64,000 nt of DNA from Spirochaetia bacterium (lineage in GTDB: Bacteria > Spirochaetota > Spirochaetia > SZUA-6 > Bin103), in contig OZ241907.1 of NCBI GenBank assembly GCA_965203515.1, forward strand, positions 3,296,001 through 3,360,000, read 5' to 3'. Below, one piece after another: positions 49,678-58,947 of the stretch. Both the position numbers and the translations under genes were made by a program. The notes beneath the pieces are model-generated. The model had not been told where the DNA came from, ran no database searches, and saw only the letters and a list, made by a program, of their open reading frames with translations. Numbering within the stretch: position 1 is the stretch's first letter; each line of letters opens with the position of its first letter.

Positions 49678-52227
49678 TCAGCCGGCCAGCAGTTCGGTGA
49701 GGCGGCGCTGCCACTCGGCTTCGTCCACCACCTCGAAGCGCATCGTCTTGCCGCGCATCGCCGGCACGAATTCGGCCCAGTCGCGCCGGGTGGCATGGCG
49801 CGAGCACAGGTCGAACACCGAGCGCTTGTATTCGGTGTCCGCCGCCTCCTGCAGATGGAGGCCCTTGGTCTCGATCACGAACACCTGATGAAATGCATCG
49901 GTCGAGTCCGCTTCGTCCGGCTTCAACGTGAAGATGAAGTCGGCGTAGATGCGGCCGCGCTTCCAGCCCTGCACGTAGTAGTCCTGGCGCGCCCGGTTGC
50001 GGTACCAGAAGAACAGGCGTTCCTGTCGATCCAGGAAGGTCGCCACGCGGTGCTCCAGCTCGTTCATGGGGTCGTCGCCGGCGCGGTCGAACAGATCGAG
50101 TTGGAACGGGCCGCCGTCCCGGCGGTTGGCCGGCGGCGCCGCGGCCCGGAGCTGCCGGGGCAGGCGGTTGAAGCCGAGGTCGTTGGCCGCCACGATGAAG
50201 CGCATCGCGCCGGTCTCCAGCAGGCCGGTGAACACGCCGCGCGCCAGCCGGTCGCGTTCGGCCTCCAGGCGCTTGCGCAGCTCTTCCAGGATGAAGCCGT
50301 AGTTGCGCACCACCAGCGGGCGCGGATGGCGCTCCAGGAGGGCGCCGAAGACGCGCCGCGCCAGCGCGCTGCCGCGCCACGGATTGGGCATCACGTCCAG
50401 CAGGTGGCCGGCGGCGAACGCATGGTCCAGGCGGGCGTCGACCGCGGCGGCGGAGCCGGCGGAGGAGCGGGCGGCGGCTGCCGCGGCCGACGACTCCACG
50501 CGTCCGTCCACGCCGATCTGCAGCTCGATGCCGCCTTCCGGGCGCTCGCCGAGCGGCAGGTCGAACAGCGGGCTCACGTCGACCTCATCCCACGCCGCCC
50601 GCGCCAGCAGGTCCGCCTCGTAGTGCGCGGGCCGCCACTCGCCCCGGTCGCGGATCATGAACGCCGGCAGCACCAGGTCGCGCGCGGCCCGCCGGAAGCG
50701 CGCGCGCTGGCGCCGCGCCGCGGGCCGGTCCGGCTGCAACGGGCCGTCTTCGACGGCGACCACGTTCGCTTGCAGGTCGCCCAGCCCCTCGCGCCCGAAG
50801 CCGCGGCGCACCTCCTGCAGCAGCTCGGCGCCGCGGCGCCGGAAGCAGAACACGTAGCTCTCATCCAGCCAGCGGTCACCGGTCTTGCGCGCGTAGGGCT
50901 GGCGCAGGATGCGGCCGACGAGCTGCGTCAACGCGGTCTTCGAGCCGGGGCGGGTCAGGATCGCCAGCACGTAGGCGAACGCGCAGTCCCATCCCTCCTG
51001 CAGCGCCTGTTTGGTGATGATGAAGCGGATCGGGCAGTCGCTCGCCAGCAGGCCGCCGGAGTCGTCGACCTCCTTCAGGTCGTCGCGGGCGCTGGTCTTG
51101 ATGGCGACGTGCTCGGGGTTGACGGCGGGATGCTGCAGCAGGTACTCGCGGGCGTCCTCGGCGTGCACGACGCCGGGCTGCCGCTGGTCGCGGCCGGTGC
51201 GCTCCACCTGGATCAGGCAGATCGGGCGGATGCGCAGGCCGGTGGCCGCGGCGTGGCGCCGCGCGCGTTCCTCCAGCTTCGCGCGGTGCTCCACCGCGGC
51301 CAGCAGGGTGTCCTTCCAGCTCGCGCCGGAGCGGTTGCCGACGTGCAGATCGAGCTTGATCATCTCCTCCGCGTGCAGGTCGCGGCCCAGGACTTCGATC
51401 AGCACGTTGGCCTGCGGCGCCGGGGTGGCGGACAGCTCCACGATCAGGCAGGGATTGAACCCCTCCAGCGTCGCCTTGGCGTTGCGGCTGTACGCCTTGT
51501 GCCCCTCGTCCAGCACGATCAGCGGGCGCAGCAGGCGCAGCGTGTTGCCCAGCGAGGTCTTGATCTGGCGGCCCCGGAAGCCGCCGGCGTCGTCGTCGAA
51601 GGTGTCGAGGTTGGGGATGCGTTCCAGCAGCGCGCGGTGGCCGGCCGCGTCGTGGTCGGCGGGGAAGAAGCGGTCGAACCCGCCGCTGTCGCGGAACATC
51701 CGCAGTTGTTCCCGGGTCTCGCGGTTGGCCGAAGGCAGCATCAGCAGCAGGATGCAGAGGTTGTCGGCCACGTCGGCCGGGCTGAAGCCGTGGCGCTTCT
51801 CCAGCAGCAGGGTGCGGCCGGCGGAGGCCAGGTCGAGTTGGTGCCGGTAGGGGTGGCTGCGGTCCTTGAGCGCCGCCAGGGTCTGGCGGTAGATCTGGAC
51901 GGTCGGGACCACCCACAGCACCAGTCCGGTCTGCCGGAACAGGAACGAGCCGTTCACCAGACCGATGACGCGGGTGGCCAGCAGGGTCTTGCCGCCGCCG
52001 GTCGGGATCTTGAGGCAGAAGGCGGGCAGCGGCGCGCCGCTGCCGGTGGTCCGCGCGGCGTAGGGCCGCGCCGGCCGGACCTTCTCCCACGCCCGGCGCG
52101 CCCAGTCGAAGCCGAACTCGGGATCGGCCGCGCGGGCGCGGGCGTCGGTCCGGCGCGCCTCGGCGAGCGCTTCGAGCAGGTTCCGCACCGCCGCCAGCAC
52201 CCGCCGCTGGTACTCCTTGAGGATCAT
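49678..52227 (-). CDS. Type III restriction enzyme Res subunit (SF2 helicase + PD-(D/E)xK nuclease)
   Basis: LKEYQ, PTGGGKT, DEGH, LQEGWD, QLVGRILR, YADF...IETKG; ATGA overlap with the mod stop. Confidence 0.9.
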   Translation of the reverse strand: MILKEYQRRVLAAVRNLLEALAEARRTDARARAADPEFGFDWARRAWEKVRPARPYAARTTGSGAPLPAFCLKIPTGGGKTLLATRVIGLVNGSFLFRQTGLVLWVVPTVQIYRQTLAALKDRSHPYRHQLDLASAGRTLLLEKRHGFSPADVADNLCILLLMLPSANRETREQLRMFRDSGGFDRFFPADHDAAGHRALLERIPNLDTFDDDAGGFRGRQIKTSLGNTLRLLRPLIVLDEGHKAYSRNAKATLEGFNPCLIVELSATPAPQANVLIEVLGRDLHAEEMIKLDLHVGNRSGASWKDTLLAAVEHRAKLEERARRHAAATGLRIRPICLIQVERTGRDQRQPGVVHAEDAREYLLQHPAVNPEHVAIKTSARDDLKEVDDSGGLLASDCPIRFIITKQALQEGWDCAFAYVLAILTRPGSKTALTQLVGRILRQPYARKTGDRWLDESYVFCFRRRGAELLQEVRRGFGREGLGDLQANVVAVEDGPLQPDRPAARRQRARFRRAARDLVLPAFMIRDRGEWRPAHYEADLLARAAWDEVDVSPLFDLPLGERPEGGIELQIGVDGRVESSAAAAAARSSAGSAAAVDARLDHAFAAGHLLDVMPNPWRGSALARRVFGALLERHPRPLVVRNYGFILEELRKRLEAERDRLARGVFTGLLETGAMRFIVAANDLGFNRLPRQLRAAAPPANRRDGGPFQLDLFDRAGDDPMNELEHRVATFLDRQERLFFWYRNRARQDYYVQGWKRGRIYADFIFTLKPDEADSTDAFHQVFVIETKGLHLQEAADTEYKRSVFDLCSRHATRRDWAEFVPAMRGKTMRFEVVDEAEWQRRLTELLAG

Positions 52228-53876
52228 CGCGCGGGGGACGGCCCGCCGTGCTGCGCGCCGCGGGCGGCGGTCTGGTAGATCTGGAACGGCAACTGGCAGA
52301 AGGTGATGCGGTATTCGTCCAGGAAGTCCTGGTCCAGGTAGCGGGCGGGCGCGAACACCAGCCGCCGCCGGTCCCGGTGCGGAGGCAGCGAGCGGGCGAA
52401 CTCCAGCGTCAGCGCCAACTCCTTGAGCCGCTCCGCGTCCGGTTCGTAGATCAGATACACGTCGCCGCGCGGACTGCTGCCGATCAAGCCGGTGGCGCGG
52501 TCGACCGCGCCGGGATCGAACTGGTCGCCGGTGGCGGTGAAGAACACGTAGCCGGCCAGCGCCGCGTAGTCGGGCAGATTCGCCTCGTCCAGCAACGATT
52601 CCTGGCGCATCGGCCCGCCCAGCTCGAAGTAGCTGAAGGTGCCGCCGAGACCCTGCCGCAGCGCCTCGTCGCGGGCGGACGGCACGCCGGCGATGACGCG
52701 GCGCACGCGCTCGGCGGTGATGGAGTCGGCGTAGCCTTCGCATTCGATCAGCACGAAGCGCCGGTTGCCGCCGTCCTCCCGGTTCAGCGCCAGCACCGCG
52801 TGCGCCGTGGTCCCGGAACCGGCGAACGAATCGAGCACGATCGAATCCGGGTCCGTGGCGATGCGCAGGATGTGCTTGACGAGGGCGGTCGGCTTGACCG
52901 TGTTGAAGACGTCTTCCGAACGCTCGAAGTCCAGCACGCCGACCAGCTCCTTCTTGGCTTCCTGCGTATGGCCGACTTCGGCATGCGGCCATATCGTCTG
53001 CGGTATGACGCCCTGCCGTACTTCTGAAAGATACCGCTTCAACCGCGGCATGCCGGCGCCGTCCGGCCCCCACCAGATGCGATTCTCCGCATTTAGCTCG
53101 GCGAACCGATCCGGCGACACGCGAAAGTAATTGCCGACCGACGGCCGGAACGTCTTGCCGGAAGGACTGGTCACTTCATACGTGCCGAGGCGGTAGTAGT
53201 TCCGGGCGGTCAGATCGCTCGATGACCACGCGCCGCGCGGGTCGTCGTCCGGGTTCCGGTAGCGGCTCGTCGCCTGCGCGCTGCGCTGCAGCAGATGCGG
53301 CTTCCATTGGTCCGCGTCCTGCGCGTAGATGACGATGAAGTCGTGGTCTTCGGAGAAGTGTCTGGCGGTGTTCCGCGGCGAAAAGTTCTTCTGCCAGACG
53401 ACGGTCGCCAGGAAGTTTTCGACGCCAAATACTTCGTCCATCAGGGCGCGCAGGTGATGGACCTCATGGTCGTCGATGGAGACGAAGATGGCGCCGTCGG
53501 GACGGAGCAGCTCGCGCAGCAGCTTCAGGCGCGGCAGCATCATGCAGCACCACTTGTCGTGCCGGGTCAGGTCGTCGCGGTCGACCGTCTTGCCGAGCCA
53601 GGCGCGCATCATCGGCGAGTTGACGTTGTCGTTGTAGGCCCAACCCTCGTTGCCGGTGTTGTAGGGCGGATCGACGTAGATGCACTTGATCCGGTTGTGA
53701 TAGACCGGCAGCAGCGCCTTCAGCGCCGCCAGATTGTCGCCGTGCACGATCAGGTTGTCGTGCAGGCTCGCCGGCCTGCTCAGCCCCTTGTCCGCCGCCG
53801 GCCGCAGGTCATGGAACGGCACGGTGAGATGATGATTCTCGACGAACGTCCTGCCCTTGAACTGCAGTGACGGCAT
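52224..53876 (-). CDS. Type III R-M Mod subunit (beta-class N6-adenine DNA methyltransferase)
   Basis: GDNL, YVDPPYNTG, KP, LDSFAGSGTT, EDGGNRRF. Confidence 0.92.
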   Translation of the reverse strand: MPSLQFKGRTFVENHHLTVPFHDLRPAADKGLSRPASLHDNLIVHGDNLAALKALLPVYHNRIKCIYVDPPYNTGNEGWAYNDNVNSPMMRAWLGKTVDRDDLTRHDKWCCMMLPRLKLLRELLRPDGAIFVSIDDHEVHHLRALMDEVFGVENFLATVVWQKNFSPRNTARHFSEDHDFIVIYAQDADQWKPHLLQRSAQATSRYRNPDDDPRGAWSSSDLTARNYYRLGTYEVTSPSGKTFRPSVGNYFRVSPDRFAELNAENRIWWGPDGAGMPRLKRYLSEVRQGVIPQTIWPHAEVGHTQEAKKELVGVLDFERSEDVFNTVKPTALVKHILRIATDPDSIVLDSFAGSGTTAHAVLALNREDGGNRRFVLIECEGYADSITAERVRRVIAGVPSARDEALRQGLGGTFSYFELGGPMRQESLLDEANLPDYAALAGYVFFTATGDQFDPGAVDRATGLIGSSPRGDVYLIYEPDAERLKELALTLEFARSLPPHRDRRRLVFAPARYLDQDFLDEYRITFCQLPFQIYQTAARGAQHGGPSPAR

Positions 53877-53883
53877 AGCTGGA

Positions 53884-55761
53884 TCAGGCGCCGGCTCGGA
53901 CCAGGAGTTCGTGCTCTTCCTCGTGCTGCCGCTCCCGGCTCGCCATCGCGCGCAACGCATCGGCCGACCGGCGCGCCCACCTGCGCAGGCCGGGAAGGCC
54001 GGTGTCCGCGGCAACGCGATCGAGCTGCTCCGCGAGGCTCTGCCAGCGGCTCGACGCCGGTCCGGTGAAGGCGCCCGTTACCTGGCGGCTGAAGAACGCC
54101 TCAGCCACCGTTTCATGGTCGCCGTAGTCGGCGATGATACGCGCGGCAAGGCGATCGTCCGTCAGCATGTGCTTGTTCGTCAACCCGGCAAGCAGGGCTG
54201 CCCGTCGCGCCGTATGCCCGGAAGGAGCTGACGCTATCCACGCCAATACGTCGTCTCTCGGCATATCCTCGAGCACCGCAGGAAAACCGATGACGAACAT
54301 CGCGGCCATGCGCGGCGGCCACAGGTAAGGAGTCAGCTCCCGCCACACGGCTCCCGCATCGCGCCGGAGGCAGCCACGAAACACGGCCATGGCCGCCCGC
54401 TGATAACGCAGCAACCAACTCGTGGATGCGTCCCGATGCGCGTGGGCGCGAATGATGGCCGCCGCGATCTCCCGCGGATGATCGGCGATCAGCTCCGCGA
54501 CCTTCCGCCAATGACGGTTTGCGTGGCGGATCAGGTCTATGTCGGTGATCAACTCCAGGGCCAGCGGCCGCCAACGGTCGATCTCCGCGGCGGCGTGCTC
54601 CATACGGCTCCGCAGCATTCCGATCGCGGTCTTCCCGTGCCCGGTATCGATCATCGCGCGCAACAAGCCGTGGAGGGCGTCGGCGGCAATGCCGGTCCAT
54701 GTGCCGTACATGAGCTGGCCGACCAACCCCGGATCGAGCGACCCGCCGCGCAGCAGCTCCGCCACCTTGATCGCCACGGGATCGGTGGATCCGCAGCGCC
54801 ACGCGACTTGCAGCAGGAGCCCGGCCGGCTGAGGTTCGCGCGCGAACTGCGCCAGCATCCACCGCTCATACCAGGCGTCTCCCAGAACCCGGCGTCGCGC
54901 GGCGACGTATCCGCACACGACGCGTAGATCGCGACCGCTGTCGGGAAGTCGCGGCAACTCATCGTCGAGCTGTCCCTTCGTGTCGGCATCGGCCAACGCG
55001 GCGCCGAGCTCCCATGCCTCGGCCGCCTGCCCGGAAGTCAGCCACGACCACTCCCTGGCCAGCTCACCCGGAGCGGTCAGCAGCTCCTCTGCCAGTGCGC
55101 GGGCGTCTAGCCGATCGTTCCGGTCATTCCGTTCCCACGGCTCCATGCCGACGCGCTGCCGCAGACGGCCGCCGAGAGAGCGATCCTCGAACCGGGCATG
55201 CAAGCGGCTCAGCGTCTGCCGCTGTTCGGCAGGGAGTCGTTCCTCGTTACCCCTGATAACCCCGGCAATGCGTTTCCGCAGCGGCTCGCGCAGCTCGGGA
55301 TAGCCGTCGCGCAGTTCTTCGAAGAACGCCATCACGATCGGGCTGGCGTCCGCGTACGCGAGCAGCCATGACATACGCTCGGCAGCATCCAGCAGGGCCG
55401 CCTCGATCGCTGCTTCGCGTCCGGCGGCGATGGTCTTCAGTCTGCCCACCGCGGCCGTTATGCACTGCACGTGGTCATTAGCGGAGGAAGGACTCCAGTC
55501 AGGTTCGGGAATCCGGTCCGACCTCGCCGACAGCACGGCGCCGTCCGGTGAGTCGTCCGCAACCTGAGCCAACGCCTGCACGACGATACTGACCAGAGCC
55601 GGGCGCCCCTGCGCGGCCAAGGCGTCCAATGTATTCAGTCGCTGCGGGTAGGGGAGCGCTGTCCCGGCGAGCTGCACTTGATACTTCGCGATGAACTCGC
55701 GCGAAGCGCCGCTACCGACTATCTCGTTCTCGGCTTCGGCCAGCAACGCGAGCGCGGTCAC
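53884..55761 (-). CDS. Helical-repeat protein; probable C-terminal part of a split STAND-like NTPase
   Basis: Frame is open upstream as GFDDAVTALALLAEAENE; GTG start overlaps the upstream stop; predominantly alpha-helical composition. Confidence 0.6.
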   Translation of the reverse strand: MTALALLAEAENEIVGSGASREFIAKYQVQLAGTALPYPQRLNTLDALAAQGRPALVSIVVQALAQVADDSPDGAVLSARSDRIPEPDWSPSSANDHVQCITAAVGRLKTIAAGREAAIEAALLDAAERMSWLLAYADASPIVMAFFEELRDGYPELREPLRKRIAGVIRGNEERLPAEQRQTLSRLHARFEDRSLGGRLRQRVGMEPWERNDRNDRLDARALAEELLTAPGELAREWSWLTSGQAAEAWELGAALADADTKGQLDDELPRLPDSGRDLRVVCGYVAARRRVLGDAWYERWMLAQFAREPQPAGLLLQVAWRCGSTDPVAIKVAELLRGGSLDPGLVGQLMYGTWTGIAADALHGLLRAMIDTGHGKTAIGMLRSRMEHAAAEIDRWRPLALELITDIDLIRHANRHWRKVAELIADHPREIAAAIIRAHAHRDASTSWLLRYQRAAMAVFRGCLRRDAGAVWRELTPYLWPPRMAAMFVIGFPAVLEDMPRDDVLAWIASAPSGHTARRAALLAGLTNKHMLTDDRLAARIIADYGDHETVAEAFFSRQVTGAFTGPASSRWQSLAEQLDRVAADTGLPGLRRWARRSADALRAMASRERQHEEEHELLVRAGA

Positions 55762-57068
55762 CGCGTCGTCGAACCCGTCGTTCGTGAGGCGATGCGAGCC
55801 AACCGGCTGACGATTTCCGCCGAGGCTGCAAACGTGATTCGCCGGCGATCTTCCAGACTGCTGTCGGTCAGGACCCGTCGCAAGTTACGAACGGCGCTAT
55901 CGGGATCGGCCGCCGCAAACGCCGACCAACGCCGTGCCGCGTGGAGCGCGCCGAAGTCATCGATCCGAAAAAAAAATCTCAACTGATCGCGCGCAAACGT
56001 CCGCGCCTGCGGACTTCCGGCCAGCGACTCCAACCGGCTGTAGTACGCTTCCCTTGCGCCGTCCGAGGGCAGCGCTTCGGGAAGAGATTTCAGAAGATCG
56101 GGATAGCTCTCCCATGCTTCCTTGGCCAGATAGACCGCCAATGGGTACGGCGAAATATAGCGGTACCGGCCACTCCGGGGAGCGATTCCCGTGCTCCGGT
56201 GGATTCGCTCGATCTGATGCTGCGCCTCGTTCCAGTCGAGGCCGAGGTGCGCGGCGACCGCCTTTCCCTCTTGCTGTCTGTCGCCCGTCCAGCCCACGAG
56301 CGCCAGCGCGGCAATCACGTAGAGGGAGCGCCGGTCTCCATCGCCCAACATGCGATCGAGTAATCGGCGGATGTCGCTTCGATCGAACAGATCGGGTGCG
56401 GTTGCCGAGGGGTCTTCGGTCACGGCATCCGCCGTCAGGCGGCCCAGGCGCACGTAGCCGTCAGCGAAGCCGGTCACGAAGTCGACGTGCTCCGGCGGCA
56501 TCTGCGGGTACCAGCCGCTGATCACCGCACGCATGGAGGGGACGTCGAGCGGCTCGATCGTCAGCTCCGGGATGCGCCGGAGGTCAGGGCTTGGACAGCT
56601 ACCGATCGTGACCAACTGCACGCGGCCGTTCGTGCGGCCTACCGAGTCCCGCAATGGTTCGATCCGCTCCGGCTGCACTTCATCCGCGACCACGGTCAGT
56701 CGCACGTCCGGCGCCTCCGCGGCGGAGTCGATCAGCTCGGACAACCGGACGTCGTCCGCCTGGCGAACGTAGATGACCGTAGCGCGCCACGGCGCGCGGC
56801 GACACAGCTCCAGTGCGAATCGGGTCTTGCCGACGCCAGGTTGGCCCCGAATATGCAGGTGACGGATGCGATCGTCTTCGCGCTGCGCGTTGAAGTCGAG
56901 CTTGGTGAGCATGTCGGACATCGCGGCCGTCATCCGCGGCGTTTCCTGATACGGAATTCGATGGACCTCGCTCCGCACCCAGTCGTCGAACGGCTGCAGC
57001 GCGTTGCGGAAGATCCCCGATCCGTTCACGGCGTGTCGATCGTATAACATGGATGGGCTCCCGCGCAT
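55758..57068 (-). CDS. STAND-like P-loop NTPase; N-terminal part of a split or frameshifted gene
   Basis: Walker A GQPGVGKT, Walker B LTVVADE, GxP-like 'ADGYVR', winged-helix-like region; start uncertain. Confidence 0.65.
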   Translation of the reverse strand: MRGSPSMLYDRHAVNGSGIFRNALQPFDDWVRSEVHRIPYQETPRMTAAMSDMLTKLDFNAQREDDRIRHLHIRGQPGVGKTRFALELCRRAPWRATVIYVRQADDVRLSELIDSAAEAPDVRLTVVADEVQPERIEPLRDSVGRTNGRVQLVTIGSCPSPDLRRIPELTIEPLDVPSMRAVISGWYPQMPPEHVDFVTGFADGYVRLGRLTADAVTEDPSATAPDLFDRSDIRRLLDRMLGDGDRRSLYVIAALALVGWTGDRQQEGKAVAAHLGLDWNEAQHQIERIHRSTGIAPRSGRYRYISPYPLAVYLAKEAWESYPDLLKSLPEALPSDGAREAYYSRLESLAGSPQARTFARDQLRFFFRIDDFGALHAARRWSAFAAADPDSAVRNLRRVLTDSSLEDRRRITFAASAEIVSRLARIASRTTGSTTR

Positions 57069-57102
57069 CGCTCCGGCGATCGACCGGCAGGGAGGATGAA
57101 GG

Positions 57103-58947
57103 ATGGAGAGACGATCAGGCCGGCCGCCGCGGAACGGCGCGGGCCGCCCCGGAGGCCCCGGTCCCCGCGTCGGGCAGCCCGGCCGTCCGGCGCTGCGCGC
57201 TCTGGCGCGCAGCCTGAGCTACCTGCGCCCGTACCGGTGGGGCGCGGCCGCCAGCCTGATCTGTCTGCTGGCCGGCTCGGCCGGCAACCTGGCGGTGCCC
57301 CGGCTCACGCAGCAGATCATCGACAGCGGCATCCTGGCCGGCCGGATGCAGGCGATCCTGCTCGGCGCGCTGCTCATCTTCGGCGTCACGGCGCTGCGCT
57401 CACTGTTCACCTACCTGCAGGGGGCGCTGGCCGCCCGCGTATCGCAGGGCGTCGCCTACGACCTGCGCAACGCGCTCTACGACCACATCCAGAGCCTGTC
57501 GTTCAGCTACCACGACCGCTCGCAGACCGGTCAACTGCTCACCCGCGCCACCAGCGACGTGGACATGGTCCGCCTCTTCATCAGCACCGGCGTGATTCAG
57601 ATCGCGTCGACCCTGGCGCTGCTGATCGGCAGCCTCTCCCTGCTGTTCGCGACCAACTGGCGGCTGGCCCTGCACGTGATCCCGCTCATGGCGGTGGTGT
57701 TCGCGATCTTCTCCTACCTGGCCAAGGTGGGCCGGCCGCTGTTTCGCACCATCCAGGAGAAGATCGCGGCGCTCAACACCCGGCTGGAGGAAAACATCGT
57801 CGGCGTCCGTACGGTAAAGGCGTTCACCGGCGCGCGGCGGGAGCAGGAGCGGTTCGAGGTCGAGAGCCGCGACCTGCACGACCGGATGATGCGGGCCGGA
57901 CGCCTGTTCTCGCTGGCCATTCCGCTCGTGTTCACGATGGCCAACTTCGGGACCGTGGTGGTCACCTGGGGCGGCGGCATCCAGATACTGGCGCAGCGTC
58001 TGACCATCGGCGAGCTGGTGGCGTTCCAGGGCTACCTGATCGTCGCCATGTTCCCCATCACCATGCTCGGCATGATCATGATGTCGATCTCGCAGGCCGC
58101 CGCCGGCGCCGAACGGATCGCCGAGATCCTCGACGCGCGGTCGGAGGTTTCCGAGCGGCCCGGCGCGGCGGCGCTGGCGCCCCTCCGCGAAGGGCTGGCG
58201 TTCGAGCGAGTGACGTTCCGCTACTTCGGGGTGGGCGCCCCGGTGCTGCGGGACGTGAGCTTCCGCACCGGAGCAACCGAGACGTTGGCCATCGTCGGCG
58301 CGACCGGCTCGGGCAAGAGCACGATCATCAACCTGATCCCGCGCTTCTACGACGTGACCGCCGGCCGCATCACCATCGACGGCGCCGACATCCGCGACGT
58401 CACCCTGCAGTCGCTGCGACGGCAGATCGGCATCGTGCTGGAAGAGACCACCCTGTTCGGCGGCACCATCCGCGAGAACATCGCCTACGGCCGGCCGGAA
58501 GCCTCCGACGCCGAGGTGGAGGCGGCCGCCCGCGCCGCGGAGGCGCACCGGTTCATCACGGAGTTCCCCGACGGCTACGATTCGCTGGTCGGCGAGCGCG
58601 GCGTGACCCTGTCCGGGGGCCAGAAGCAACGGGTGGCGATCGCCCGCGCGCTGTTGCTGGAGCCGCGCATCCTGATCCTGGACGACAGCACCAGCAGCGT
58701 CGATTACGAGACCGAGCGGCGCATCCGCGCCGCGCTCGACCAGCTCCGGCATGACCGCCTGTCGTTCGTCATCGCCAGCCGCATGAACACGGTGCTGGCC
58801 GCCGACCGCGTGCTGCTGTTGCACGAAGGAACGGTGGCCGGGCTGGACCGCCATGAGCGGCTGCTGCACGACAACGCGCGGTACGCGGAGACCTTCTACG
58901 GCGAGCTCTCCGCGCAGCCGGCCGAAGCCGCGCAGGCGGTATCGTGA
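57103..58947 (+). CDS. ABC exporter TMD-NBD subunit (degenerate half of a heterodimer)
   Basis: 6 TM + NBD; GATGSGKS, LSGGQ, Walker B LDDSTS (no catalytic Glu), ASR (no switch His). Confidence 0.92.
   Translation: MERRSGRPPRNGAGRPGGPGPRVGQPGRPALRALARSLSYLRPYRWGAAASLICLLAGSAGNLAVPRLTQQIIDSGILAGRMQAILLGALLIFGVTALRSLFTYLQGALAARVSQGVAYDLRNALYDHIQSLSFSYHDRSQTGQLLTRATSDVDMVRLFISTGVIQIASTLALLIGSLSLLFATNWRLALHVIPLMAVVFAIFSYLAKVGRPLFRTIQEKIAALNTRLEENIVGVRTVKAFTGARREQERFEVESRDLHDRMMRAGRLFSLAIPLVFTMANFGTVVVTWGGGIQILAQRLTIGELVAFQGYLIVAMFPITMLGMIMMSISQAAAGAERIAEILDARSEVSERPGAAALAPLREGLAFERVTFRYFGVGAPVLRDVSFRTGATETLAIVGATGSGKSTIINLIPRFYDVTAGRITIDGADIRDVTLQSLRRQIGIVLEETTLFGGTIRENIAYGRPEASDAEVEAAARAAEAHRFITEFPDGYDSLVGERGVTLSGGQKQRVAIARALLLEPRILILDDSTSSVDYETERRIRAALDQLRHDRLSFVIASRMNTVLAADRVLLLHEGTVAGLDRHERLLHDNARYAETFYGELSAQPAEAAQAVS

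Noticed and set aside
52224..53876. Phase-variable mod gene (phasevarion)
   Set aside because: No simple-sequence repeat tract seen in or upstream of mod.
55968..55976. A9/T9 homopolymer in the STAND-like gene as a phase-variation or slippage switch rejoining the two ORFs
   Set aside because: The tract is in frame (FFF), and the downstream ORF's frame has a stop at 55885-55887 between the tract and 55761, so slippage here cannot fuse the ORFs.
48767..57102. Integrative element or prophage boundaries around the defence island
   Set aside because: No integrase, transposase, tRNA or flanking direct repeats recognised by eye.
57103..58947. Inactivated ABC transporter (missing catalytic Glu and His)
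   Set aside because: The partner subunit has consensus DE/H and a deviant LSRGQ signature, the normal asymmetric heterodimer pattern (TM287/288-type).
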